The notes beneath the pieces are model-generated. The model was not told the DNA's origin, made no database searches, and saw nothing but the letters and a program-made list of their open reading frames with translations. The translations under genes were made by a program, and so were the position numbers. A stretch of DNA of 63,873 nucleotides, counting the filler, from Octopus bimaculoides (taxonomy: Eukaryota): NCBI RefSeq assembly GCF_001194135.2. It is 7 parts of 6 records of this genome, joined end to end, with 100 filler letters (N's around TTAATTAATTAA, not from the genome) between each part and the next. Parts side by side here need not be neighbours in the genome. Positions count along the whole stretch, not along the records: positions 12,580 to 26,551 come from NC_068981.1; 6 more parts are not named here. One strand, 5' to 3'. The first letter of the stretch is position 1. The number at the start of each line of letters is the position of its first letter. Below are positions 12,971 through 24,017 of this stretch, one piece after another.

Positions 12971-13039
12971 AATTTTAGCAATGCCTAAAATTTTAGGTAT
13001 TGCTAAAATATTTTAGCAATGCCTAAAATATTAGGCATT
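12971..13039. repeat. Chain of alternating inverted ~19-bp units (three palindrome centres)
   Basis: ttttagcaatgcctaaaa / ttttaggtattgctaaaa / ttttagcaatgcctaaaa / ttaggcatt. Confidence 0.9.
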
Positions 13040-13352
13040 ACTTCTTGTATTTATTTCTCAGAGCATATTAATTTATAGCTTCCGATTTGATACTCAATAA
13101 ATTCAAATAAGTTAAAACTAACTTTACTAACTTACAACAATTAATTTTATCAAGCAGAAGTTGATAAAGGTACAGAGTAAGACTCTGTTCCTTTATCAAA
13201 CTGTTCCTGTTCTGATATGAATTCTGAAACTAACCGGAAGAAACTAGAGTATTAAATTTAGTCCAACGCTTCATATCATTCAGTATGGCATTTCTATAAT
13301 CAGAATCTACTCTTGGGACGCATTATTTCAACTGTAATGTTATCATCAGCTC

Positions 13353-13621
13353 GAATATGTTTGAGGCACGCTTGAAATGGTGAACAAGCTAATCACTGCG
13401 CATTGTTACGGAAAATATATCCAGTTTGTTAACAAATGGTGTGTATACACCTATTTCAGTGATAACTACTCCGAAATGCTTGCATCGCACGGTCTGGGTA
13501 GGTGGCGCTGTGAGCTGATGTAGGTGTATATATACCATCTAGCAACAAACGGGATATATTTTCCGTGACAAAACGCAATGAGTAGCTTGTTCACCGGTTG
13601 GAACGTGCCTCAAGCATATTC
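13353..13621. mobile_element. Fold-back MITE-like element with ~105-bp imperfect inverted arms
   Basis: Left arm gaatatgtttgaggcacg...ggtgaacaagcta...acggaaaatatatcc...tacaccta matches the reverse complement of 13516-13621; spacer about 55 bp. Confidence 0.8.
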
Positions 13622-13975
13622 AGATGAAAATAATATTGCAACCTTATTTAACACGGCTTAGCGCTCCTCCTCCATTATTTCAAATGGTTAAAAATAAATT
13701 TCCAATAGTTAGTCATATTTCAACTACATCTGAAAAAACAAGTTGAAATGCGATTTTCATCTGAACGAGCTTCAACGTGATTGTTATTCCGAAATATATG
13801 CAAAATCACACCCAAATAACATTAAGAAAGAAACATTAGATAGCGTAATCTATTCAGAAACGATGTGAGGATGGCCATAGACTGACCGCATTTGACAATA
13901 GGACTGCTCGGTCGAGCCGACTAGGGGCTCGAAACTCTGCCACGTCCAAAACAACTAAAACTAAAAGTTACTCAC

Positions 13976-14060
13976 CAGAATTATATCTTTAGGGCATTGG
14001 TCTTTCACCTTGAAATTTATGTGCATAGCATCATTACAATTTAGCATGACTACAGCATAA
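13976..14060 (-). CDS. Internal exon (85 bp) of unidentified minus-strand gene
   Basis: Acceptor tttttctttcttggcag, donor CTG|GTGAGT; open frame YAVVMLNCNDAMHINFKVKDQCPKDIIL. Confidence 0.55.
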
Positions 14061-14434
14061 CTGCCAAGAAAGAAAAACTGGAATATTAATCAATCTACTC
14101 TTCAACGCATGCGTGATTTTAGTAATGCATAAACACATAAGACATAGTTGAGTGGTTAATACTTTTAATGTGTAAATTTCGAAGCATCGTGTTAAATTCT
14201 AGTCTAGTACTTTTGCATACAAACACATATACATATACATAAATACATACATACTACTTGCATACAAACAAGTATACACACATGCGTACATAATTCATAA
14301 CACGCATACGTAAAAAAGCACATTCATACTTCTGTTCTAAAGCATCAATTTATAATCGGGAGAGTTAAGTCATGCAATGTTTTGTTTTTGATATGTGATG
14401 CCTACATGCTAATATGAAAGTTTAGTCAACATAC

Positions 14435-14481
14435 TTCTTTAGGTGAAACATTTCAAGAGCAAAATACACAAATTTTACTAT
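14435..14481 (-). CDS. Weak candidate exon (47 bp)
   Basis: Acceptor taacttttag, donor GAA|GTATGT; IVKFVYFALEMFHLK bridges the phases of exons 20654-20781 and 13976-14060. Confidence 0.25.
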
Positions 14482-15254
14482 CTAAAAGTTATCCGTAACT
14501 ATTTTCTATATACGAAAGTCTGTGTCCTATATAGTTGAGATCTAATAGATAGGAACATGTCCACAATTGTTTTTCGTCTGTTAACAAAAGCCAGTTTTCC
14601 CTACTTTAATCTCCTAAAGATAAAAATTAAGTTTGAGTGATCAATTTCTAATTTCTTAAAATCCCTCTTTCCTTTGAGTCTGCTAACTGCCACTAGATAT
14701 TTATTTTCTTTCACTTAGAGGGAAAATACAATTAAACATTTTCTTGCATATAGCATTTAGTATACCATCTATCGATATTCATTCTACTGGCACATATATC
14801 TACCTTAATCTTATTTCGAGTTATAAACAAATCTCGTTTAATGATCCCATTAGTTATAAACAAAAATCCTCTGTATAGTCACATGAGCTGTCAGAAAAGG
14901 CTGACAAATTTTACTTAAATCAATCATCTTATAATATTAGGAAATAGCACATTGAATAATGTAGTCTTACAGACCATTTGATAAACGTTTTGAAGGTTAT
15001 GGTTAGGATGCACTTCATCATAGATCTGCTCGATCAATAGTAACATGAAGGTATACAACAATAGCAGCAACATCAAAAGACCTAACCGGTCAACGAAAAA
15101 GTACTCAGCTTACTAGAAATAACACAATTTCCTTCAAAGTTCATCTTAATATCTTTAAAAGAATGTAGAGCACTGTTTGAATAAAAAATGAAAATGACCT
15201 TCCCATCTTTTATTTAACTGGAACGCTTTTTGATTAATGCTGATTTGGAGTTAA

Positions 15255-15475
15255 GGATTTCTAGCTACTGCCCAAGGTCTGAAATTTTTTGAGAGGAAGT
15301 GTTAGTGGATTAAATCGACTTTAACACTTGACTGATACTGTCTTTTATCGACTCCGGTGGAATGAAAGATAACGTTGTTCTCGACAGGATTTAAACTCAT
15401 ATGACAAAGAGATGGAAATAAGGCGGTGCATGTTATTCGATGCTTTAGTGATTCGGCGAATCCACCAACCCCATC
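15255..15475 (-). mobile_element. SINE family C, degenerate
   Basis: Reverse complement resembles the copy at 20377-20597. Confidence 0.6.
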
Positions 15476-15879
15476 AAAAGTTAAATAAAAATAACAGTTT
15501 AACCAGACGAAATTTGCCTTGTATTTTAACGATATGGTTCAAGAAAATTGATGATGCTCTATAGCAATCAACAAAACAAGTTCATTACAAGATGTTGAGG
15601 ACATTTCAAGGTGTTAGCATAATCTAATAGAAATAGTAGCCAAATATTTCTCAGATCAAACCCTAATGTCTTAATAAATTGTGGTCTTGGCTTATATAGA
15701 CTTAAGAAAATGATGTGATGATCGAAACTGAAATATCTTTGTTCGTATGTCGATCTATTATGGCTGACCTGGACGACGGCGATAACGACCATCACCACCA
15801 GCACCACCAACAAATATGACGACATCGACGACGAAAAAGATAAGAAGCTTGTACCTATCACTTCTATTTCAGGCGTAAT

Positions 15880-17750
15880 ATTTCAAACTGATTTTTAACA
15901 TATGCCTTTGACGTTTCTAGAAATTCTTCCGAGTATTTTCTTGTGTCGTCAATATAGAGTTCATGTTTCAGAGGAGTACAGCTGGGTTATAATAACGCAA
16001 ATATTATAGATGTAGAGCTTGAAGGAGAGTTTTAGGTCACTGTCTATACAGGATCATTTCTCCAATGTCTCAAACATTTTGGCAGCCTCCACACACCTCA
16101 AGTTGATCCCAGAATCTAGAAACCCATCCCTAGAGCTGGCAAGTTACACAAAAGAATCTACAACATCAAATCTGATCTCTTTAACAAGTATATCGACTTC
16201 AATATACAACTCTCTTGGAAAAAATGCAAACATCATCTTCATTTGCTTCGAACTTATTGCAAGTTCAAAAGCAGTAAAGACACCCGCGAAAAGTTTCGTT
16301 ATTTTTCTCTTGTACCGCGTAGGCCTCAAGGTCTCGATCATCACTGTACAATAAACTGCGAGCTAAAGTTATAAATATCTTCAATCTGAAACGATTTAGA
16401 CTATACAGTACATGTTGTGAGATAGTGAACATAAATTTTTAAATGGCAGTCCTTACAGCAATTACAAGTGGGGTGTATATGGTGAATAAAGTTAGTACAT
16501 GTATATCAACCCCGATCAACACCGTTGTCCTCTGCGATAGATTTCAACAGTTGGAATAAGTGTGTAATTGAACAAATATATTGACAACTTAAGAAGTGAG
16601 CACTATTTTTGAAATCAGTATTGCATCACTCCAGTAATATGGAACTGATGAACAATCGACAATTAGTGTGGTCACAGGATCAATTACATCCCCACTGCTG
16701 ATTAATGTCAATAACGTATACGTTCGATTATTGGATTTTTCATTGGTTGATCTATTTAATTATAATCTGTTAGATTATACTCTTGGATTATACTCTGTTG
16801 GATTATACTTTCTTCAACAGTATAGAACTGCAGTAGGTCTTCTATAATGTTCTCAACTAGTGAGGATGTGCAGGGGGAAATATTTGTGCGATAATTTGTT
16901 TATCACTTCATAATATCATCAGTATCATAGATTAAGGAGGATTTATCATTAGAACGGAGAGGAGGGATTGGTAAAGACAAAGCATTCGATTTAACAATAT
17001 GCAGATTGTTATATATTTATATTTTTGTTAAAGACTAGTTGAGTATCTATGGATAGGTTCGATCACCACACATTCTTCATTAAGAGGAATGGCATTTCCA
17101 AGTTTCTTGTAAAATAGAGTTTTTCAGTTGAGTGAAAAATGAGTTTAAGTAGAGAAGAGAGTCACACAACGCAAGGAAGTGAAGTTTAATGATGCGATCA
17201 TGTAGATTGGATGACAACACAGTCAGCCTATTAACTAGAATCTAGTTAGTAGATTATCTTGCCGGTTTCTTAATAGACAGGCAGACACATAGACACATAC
17301 ACACACACACATACATACATGCATACATACATACACACAAACACACACAAAAATACACACATACATGTAAACACACACACGCACACGAACGTGCACAAGA
17401 AAACTATAACTGAAACTCATTTCATTAAGCTGACATTTCCTTGACAAATGTTGCAGGAAAGCCAGTAATCTCGATCTGGTGTCGATTAAGGTCTGCTGCA
17501 ATACAAACGGTAACATGGTCAGGTCTGCTGGATTATGCAATGTCCTACACGTTCGAACATTCCAGCAGAACATCTGTAGAAGTGTCATTCAGTTGTTTAG
17601 CTTTTTACATTTTGCATTTACATGTTTACTTCTGTAGCTCCGGCTAAACTGAACTGTCATCAGTCGCGGTGTCTGAGCAGCAAGTAGGACAAGCACTGCT
17701 AAGGATGCTTTTCAAGCCCACCCTCAGTAACCGGGGTGAACAGAGCTCTC
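15880..17750 (-). mobile_element. RTE-clade LINE, heavily degenerate and internally deleted (APE and RT remnants)
   Basis: APE N-terminus FCWNVRT...LNEMSFSYSF (about 17400-17570); RT LLYSDD (16337-16354), FTAFELAISSKQMKMMF, VVDSFV.LASSRDGFLDSGINLR, KLYIYNICVIITQLYSSET; a (CA)n tract has expanded inside at about 17290-17390. Confidence 0.8.
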
Positions 17751-18269
17751 TTTAAATAAGGTTGTTGAGTCACTGAGGATATCATCTAAATCTTCTCACA
17801 ACTAAGTTTAAAGATAACGTTGTTAAAATAAATACATTGTTTGTTCATTCATACTTCGAAAAAAATCAACAGCTTCCATCACAGAAGATATCGAAGTGAA
17901 CAGGATGACATATCTTCAGCAATAAGTCAAAGAGTTATAATCCTATTAATTTACCTTCAATATTTACATCAAGCAAATTACTGGTCACTGGGATCATTCC
18001 AAAACCAATTATAATAAAAATTTTCCCAGCTTGCATGATGGTATTAATATTCAAATCACTAACTGGAATAAAACCTTTGCTGAACTCTAAAGCTTTATCG
18101 AGAAGATAAAGATAGTTACAAACGAAATGTTCAAAAGTGTTAATGGAAGTGAAATAGATAGCAGAGAATATCGAGAAACTTGGGAGGGGAGAAAAAATAC
18201 TTAGAATCAATCAACTAACAAGGAAGACAGAAAGTCGAGCAAGCATATATATGCATTTTACTGGTACTC

Positions 18270-18515
18270 TGTCGGTTATGACGATACGGGTTCCAGTTGA
18301 CCTGGTAAACGGAACAAGCTGTTCGTGAAATTAACGTGCAAGTGGCTTGGCTGATCACTCCACAAACACGCGTACCCTTAACACAGTTCCTAAGAGATTC
18401 AGCCTGACATAGCATGTGGCAAGGCTGGCCCTTAGAAATACACAATACAACTTACTTTTCCCTGCTGAGTGGACTGGAGTCACGTGAAACAAAGTGTGTT
18501 GCTCAAGGACGCACC
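18270..18515 (-). mobile_element. SINE family D, partial
   Basis: Shares gggttccagttga...acggaaca...gtgaaattaacgtgcaagtggct with 41320-41710, and gctgagtggactggag...gctcaagga with 52725-52985. Confidence 0.75.
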
Positions 18516-18529
18516 TTCATCTCTCTCTC

Positions 18530-18905
18530 TCTCTCTCTGATTTGGAAACTTGACTGATGAGAGAGAGTTGCAAATGACCCGTCCTTTTTTCCTGTCCGTC
18601 TTTGTATCGTCTATCTGTCCGGATATTTTATTGTTTTCTGCTGCGTTCTTGTTCTATTTTTTGGATTTATATATACATATAGTGGCGACGTACTGCTATT
18701 CTAAATTCGGTATGTCGTGAAGCAATCTGCTGAACCCTACTTATAATTATGCTTATAATTATAGAATTCTAAACTCTCTGACGAAGCCCAGAGACACACC
18801 CAAGTACCTTAATCTTATTTACCAAATAGTTCAGTTCACAGAAGGGATGGAAGTAGAGTAGGGTACTTTAGCCTCTTGCCCGAAACAGCTGTAAGATAAT
18901 ATCCT
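18530..18905 (+). mobile_element. Penelope-like terminal repeat remnant with hammerhead-like motif (family H4)
   Basis: tctCTGACGA (core at 18778) ... GAAAC-AGCT-GTA-aga (18882-18896) with palindromic ACAGCTGT helix III; internal pairing aagtacctta/tagggtactt. Confidence 0.45.
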
Positions 18906-19092
18906 ATTTTCTATGCACTACGTTATATATTTTAATAATTACTGGTATTTTTATATATTATGTATGTAAAGCATAATATATGATACATGCATATATATTG
19001 TTATAATTGTTTGTTTTTTTTAATAAATAGACATAACATAATGTCTAAAAGTTGATGAATACCAACTCTTGATCCCCTCCATTTTCTTATTG

Positions 19093-19137
<45 letters not shown>

Positions 19138-19143
19138 TGTATG

Positions 19144-19174
<31 letters not shown>

Positions 19175-19334
19175 GTCATTATTCAGTTTTATTTTAAGAT
19201 TTCTTGCCAATAGAGAAAGAGCTACTTTCTAACCCAGAATTTCAACATCAACAGAGTAATCTTGCATGTATGTTTGTACACGTGCAGTATTTGGAGTCAG
19301 TAGACGTGCAAATTTGTATGTTTTGTTTTATATA

Positions 19335-20025
19335 TGTATTCTCATAAATATAGTTACATGCCTAGCTTTTCCTTTCTTGGTATGAGAATCCTAATTTCTC
19401 AAGATTGGTACTTGGACAGTGTGCTACATATCTCAGTGCTCCAATAATTACTGGTATAAAGCTAAACTTGTGAGCTGGGTGGAGTAACCGTAGATTTCTA
19501 ATTAGTTCAGCGTAGGCATTTTATTTTTCACTCATCTTTAGCTCTATGTTAGCATCTGCCTGGCAGCTGATTTCTACCACTGTACACACTTTCTTTTCTC
19601 TGTCCTAAATCACTATGTTTACCTTTAATTGAGGTTTTCACAGGGATATTCCACCAGTACTCCTTATTATGAGTGACTATAGCCTCTATCATACTGTGGG
19701 TTCTTGTTTCTTTGTCTTGAGTGCTATTCTTCTGACCGATTTCATTTTACAATTTCTTAGCCAATACAACGTCTTGTTGGTAGATTAACCCGGGATGACA
19801 TTTTCGGACAATCGTTTATGGTGAGAGTGATATCTTCGTTCTTAGCTTCACAAAGTCTATATCAGTTATCATATTTGGTTGATTTTCCTGTGTCTCTGTC
19901 CCTTTTGTGTATCAGGTTTGATATTTCCTGTTCCCTGATAGCAAACGTATACTCTTCAAAGTGATAGTTAATTATCCGGTTGTTGGTCCATGATATACTG
20001 CTTTGATGATCAAAGTTACTGTCAT
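19335..20025 (-). mobile_element. R4/Dong-like non-LTR retrotransposon, family 2: zinc-knuckle and RLE region, degenerate
   Basis: Minus-strand pieces HNKEYWWNIPVKT (19635-19671) and LRLLHPAHKFSFIPVIIGALRYVAHC...LEKLGFS. Confidence 0.7.
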
Positions 20026-20376
20026 CTCAGAGCTTTATGCTATACCCATAAATATACATATGCATTCTATATCTGTCCAGAAAGGAATCAACATTTAAAA
20101 CAGCGAGCTAACAAGCTTTTGCAGTGAGCTCGCGAGTATGGAGATATGCAGGTGATAATTACACTGCACTTTATCACTTTATCATTGACCATCATGTTTT
20201 AGAATGAAAGTATGTCTAGTGTTCCAGGTGAATTGTGCTGAGTTGAACAATGAAGAATTTGGGAGTGTAAGAGTGAGAAATTTCGTTTTAAATTGGTGAT
20301 GTTTTTTTCAGAGATTTTATAGTACTGAAAGAAATGTGTGGAGAGAGTTGAGTCTGTTCAATATCAAGCGAAATGA

Positions 20377-20597
20377 GATGGCGGCGCGGCTGGCAGAAAC
20401 ATTTGCACGCCGGGCGAAATGGTTACCGGTATTTCGTCTGTCTTTATGTTCTGAGTTCAAATTCCGCCGAGATCGACTTTGCCTGTCATCTTTTCGGAGT
20501 CGATAAATTAAGTACCAGTTGCGTACTGGGGTCGATCTAATTGACTGGTCTCCTCCCAACAAATTTCGGGCTTTGTGCCTAGAACAGGAAAGAATAT
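20377..20597 (+). mobile_element. SINE family C, near-complete
   Basis: atggcggcgcggctggcagaaac...gagttcaaattccgccgag (B-box-like)...gtcgataaattaagtaccagttgcgtactggggtcgat; several related copies in the window. Confidence 0.8.
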
Positions 20598-20653
20598 CAT
20601 GAGTGATGTAAAGAACTTCTACCAAATATGATTCACAAGCTGGGCTACCTTAC

Positions 20654-20781
20654 ACGACAAATGATGACAATAACATTGCGAAAGCACAAGCTGAATTCCG
20701 TGAAGTTTTTCAAGAAGTAGAAATCTTTGAATGTTTGTGTGACATGACTTTTCAATGTAAATTTGAAGATACATCGTATAG
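20654..20781 (-). CDS. Candidate internal exon (128 bp) of unidentified minus-strand gene
   Basis: Acceptor gtcttctttccgtttttgttcataaattttgcag, donor CGT|GTAAGG; two frames are open (IRCIFKFTLKSHVTQTFKDFYFLKNFTEFSLCFRNVIVIICR or YTMYLQIYIEKSCH...), so the true frame is unresolved. Confidence 0.4.
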
Positions 20782-20969
20782 CTGCAAAATTTATGAACAA
20801 AAACGGAAAGAAGACACAGCAAGTCAGGAGCTGTGTCTTAGCTTGAATTTCGACTTTTTATGGCACTCTTCAGAAAGTACCATAACAGATAACGGTGAGT
20901 GCATAATGATTACATTATCGAGAAAGAAAAAGGAAAAAGAGAGCGGTGGCTGCAGTCCATGAGTTCATT

Positions 20970-21414
20970 TTTGTCGCGCTCAAAAATCAAAACAGAAAAT
21001 ATTCACACAAGACTGTCTGTTTTGATCGAGAGGTATCGTTTATCATGCTTTTTTATCTTTTCCACGTGGTCAGACTACCAGGAAGGAGTTTTATATGGAT
21101 GGGCACAAGTATTTGAATTAGGTAGAGCGAAGAAAGAGACTTGAATAAAACAAAATCTGTTTTATTTACCACCATGCACCTTATTACGCGTCACTTCTTG
21201 CGATTTTATGGCAAAGACTGTGATCACTCTCAATTTCCAGCTTTCCTACAGTCCGGAGGTTTTCCTTGCAGACTTCCTTTGTTCTCAGTCACTGAATTTT
21301 CCTTGAACGGTCACCGATTTCAGGTGGTAGAAAAGATTGAAGAAAATTATTTACGGAGACTTTCGTATTAACCTTAAAGCGTGTTCCATTGAGTGTTGAA
21401 AAATGAAAAAAATG

Positions 21415-21475
<61 letters not shown>

Positions 21476-21530
21476 AACTTGAAAGCGTTGTATCAAAAGT
21501 GAAAGGAACTCTTTTGAGAGAATGAAAGGT
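20970..21530 (+). mobile_element. Mariner transposase C-terminal remnant containing a 59-nt poly(A) expansion
   Basis: RSKIKT..., RGQT..KEFYMD, HHAPYYASLL, LNGHRFQVVEKIEENYLRRL, then VEK-[poly A 21415-21473]-KRCIKSERNSFE. Confidence 0.65.
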
Positions 21531-21751
21531 AAAGTTGACTATAGGAGAATCTGAACCTACATCGTAAAGCCGGAAGAAATGCTGCTAAACAATTTTTCCG
21601 GCGTAGTAACGATTCTGCCAGCTAGCTGCCTTATAATGTTGTTTAATATCATAAATTATAGGGCCTGACATATACATACATACATACACTCACACACTCG
21701 TGTGTGAGTGTGTGTGTGTGTGTGCCGGTCTTCCTAAAATCAGACTTGGCG

Positions 21752-21807
21752 GTATATAATATGATTTCGCAATCAGTGCACGATATGTACTCCTTGCTCT
21801 TCAGTAC
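21752..21807 (-). ncRNA. Type I hammerhead ribozyme motif (inverted copy)
   Basis: GTA CTGAAGA GCAA-GG-AGTACA-TATCG-TGCACT-GA-TTGC GAAA TCATATTATA TAC; catalytic core intact, one mismatch in helix III. Confidence 0.7.
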
Positions 21808-22242
21808 ACCGCCAAGTCTGATTTTAGGAGGCTCGCTTCAAGAGTTGCATTCCCTCGCGTTCGGTGAAATGTGTTTATTATGGTAGTTTTGACTTTAAGA
21901 GTCCCTTCTAGCGTGAGGCATTTATGTATAGTAATGCCCTTAATATAAATAAATATATTTATAGGGAATAATTAATAAAGTTTTCCCTTATGAGGTTTTT
22001 TCACGCTAACTACTTGATAAATTCTTATAAAGATTTTATCCTATATTTAGATTGTAAATTTAACTAGAATATATTCAGTGCTGAATTTTATTCTGAACAA
22101 ACAGGTGTACCGAGATGCAATTCGAAAAGTCCGCCTCTTACATAGATATACAGGTATAAACAATGTCTATGTACTATGCTGGATACATGGAGTGTTCGTC
22201 TGGTATGTTGATTTTCGTTTATTTTTATGTGTCTTGACTATG

Positions 22243-22301
22243 TGTATACTGAAGAGCAAAGAGTGCATATCGTGCACTGATTGCAAAATCATATGATATA
22301 C
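22243..22301 (+). ncRNA. Type I hammerhead ribozyme motif (G12 mutated to A)
   Basis: CTGAAGA (22249-22255) GCAA-AG-AGTGCA-TATCG-TGCACT-GA-TTGC [A]AAA TCATATGATA^TAC; palindromic helix III ATCATATGAT. Confidence 0.65.
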
Positions 22302-23309
22302 CGCCAAGTCTGATTTTAGGAGGCTCGCTTCGAGAGTTGCATTCCCTCGCGTTCGGTAAAATGTGTTTATTATGGTAGTTTAGATTTTAAGAGTCCCTCC
22401 TGGCGTGAGGCATTTATGTATAGTAATGCCCTTAATATATATATATATATATANNNNNNNNNNNNNNNNNNNNNNNNNNNNNNNNNNNNNNNNNNNNNNN
22501 NNNNNNNNNNNNNNNNNNNNNNNNNNNNNNNNNNNNNNNNNNNNNNNNNNNNNNNNNNNNNNNNNNNNNNNNNNNNNNNNNNNNNNNNNNNNNNNNNNNN
22601 NNNNNNNNNNNNNNNNNNNNNNNNNNNNNNNNNNNNNNNNNNNNNNNNNNNNNNNNNNNNNNNNNNNNNNNNNNNNNNNNNNNNNNNNNNNNNNNNNNNN
22701 NNNNNNNNNNNNNNNNNNNNNNNNNNNNNNNNNNNNNNNNNNNNNNNNNNNNNNNNNNNNNNNNNNNNNNNNNNNNNNNNNNNNNNNNNNNNNNNNNNNN
22801 NNNNNNNNNNNNNNNNNNNNNNNNNNNNNNNNNNNNNNNNNNNNNNNNNNNNNNNNNNNNNNNNNNNNNNNNNNNNNNNNNNNNNNNNNNNNNNNNNNNN
22901 NNNNNNNNNNNNNNNNNNNNNNNNNNNNNNNNNNNNNNNNNNNNNNNNNNNNNNNNNNNNNNNNNNNNNNNNNNNNNNNNNNNNNNNNNNNNNNNNNNNN
23001 NNNNNNNNNNNNNNNNNNNNNNNNNNNNNNNNNNNNNNNNNNNNNNNNNNNNNNNNNNNNNNNNNNNNNNNNNNNNNNNNNNNNNNNNNNNNNNNNNNNN
23101 NNNNNNNNNNNNNNNNNNNNNNNNNNNNNNNNNNNNNNNNNNNNNNNNNNNNNNNNNNNNNNNNNNNNNNNNNNNNNNNNNNNNNNNNNNNNGGTGGTTT
23201 GCATTCGTTATCTAGGGTTCGATGTAATAAACTCGAATTAAATAATAATATAGACAATTTAACGAGTAAGTTACTCATGTAATTTGGTTTCACTAATCAA
23301 ATTTGTCAA

Positions 23310-23465
23310 AATATTCATGCGTCCCCGTAAATTAGCGGTTCGGCAAAGAGACGGATAGAATAAGTTAGAGGCTGAAAAAGAAATACTGGTGTCGATTCAT
23401 TCATTCGATTCAAGGCAGTGTCCCAGCATGGCCGCAGTCTAAAGACTGAAATAAGAATAAAATAA
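23310..23465 (+). mobile_element. SINE family A, 3' portion
   Basis: cgtccccgtaaattagcggttcggcaaagagac...ccagcatggccgcagtc...gactgaaataag matches 58245-58610. Confidence 0.75.
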
Positions 23466-23484
23466 AAGATACAGGGTATGCAGA

Positions 23485-23515
<31 letters not shown>

Positions 23516-24017
23516 ATGGACAGACTGTAGACACATAGGCTCCGTAAGTTTTCCTTGTTTTGCCTTTAAAAGTTTATTTTTGAATTACATTTTGTATACA
23601 AAAGTTGTGCAACAACTAATAGATTCGGTTGTGCAACTTGTTTGCACGGGAAATCTGCCCTGTGTGGTATATTTCCCTATTTTCTAAAATTAATTTCGGC
23701 TTTCTTAGCCATTTTTGTTTTGAGGATAGCGTCTCCAAGACATGAAGACGATCCTACAACGAACGCCGGGCTTTATAGCAACTCTTTCGATGTTGATTTC
23801 CCTACACTGCCTTCACCACAGCTGAATGAAGGAGTAAAGAAGGGGAGAAACATCACACAGACAGATGCCAGTGTTAGCATGAACGCTAACACCACCACCA
23901 CCGCCACCAATAACAACAACACCAAGGTTACAAGACCATCCACCAACACCGCCACCAAAGTCTCTGACGTCAATACCACTTCAACAATTTCTGCTACCTC
24001 AACAAACACTAGAAAAC

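Larger units (their letters stand above)
21733..22439 (+). mobile_element. Hammerhead-ribozyme tandem repeat (retrozyme-like or Penelope pLTR-like), family H1: inverted HHR + 492-bp unit + 140-bp partial second unit
   Basis: Direct repeat 21808-21947 vs 22300-22439 (6 mismatches in 140 bp); plus-strand HHR at 22243-22301; inverted HHR copy at 21752-21807 flanked by a perfect 21-bp inverted repeat. Confidence 0.8.

Noticed and set aside
13899-13950. Hammerhead-like GAGCC/GGCTC-GAAAC...GTC
   Set aside because: No CUGANGA core and no helix I.
17830-18200. Possible LINE RT-region remnant
   Set aside because: Similarity is too weak to assign strand or family without a search.
21415-21473. Poly(A) tail of a retrotransposon or retrocopy
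   Set aside because: Mariner-like coding sequence continues on both sides.
21733-22310. Recombinase-type invertible switch (spacer seen in both orientations next to the same flank)
   Set aside because: The second copy lacks the left inverted repeat and no recombinase is evident; the spacer is better explained as a hammerhead in an inverted duplication.
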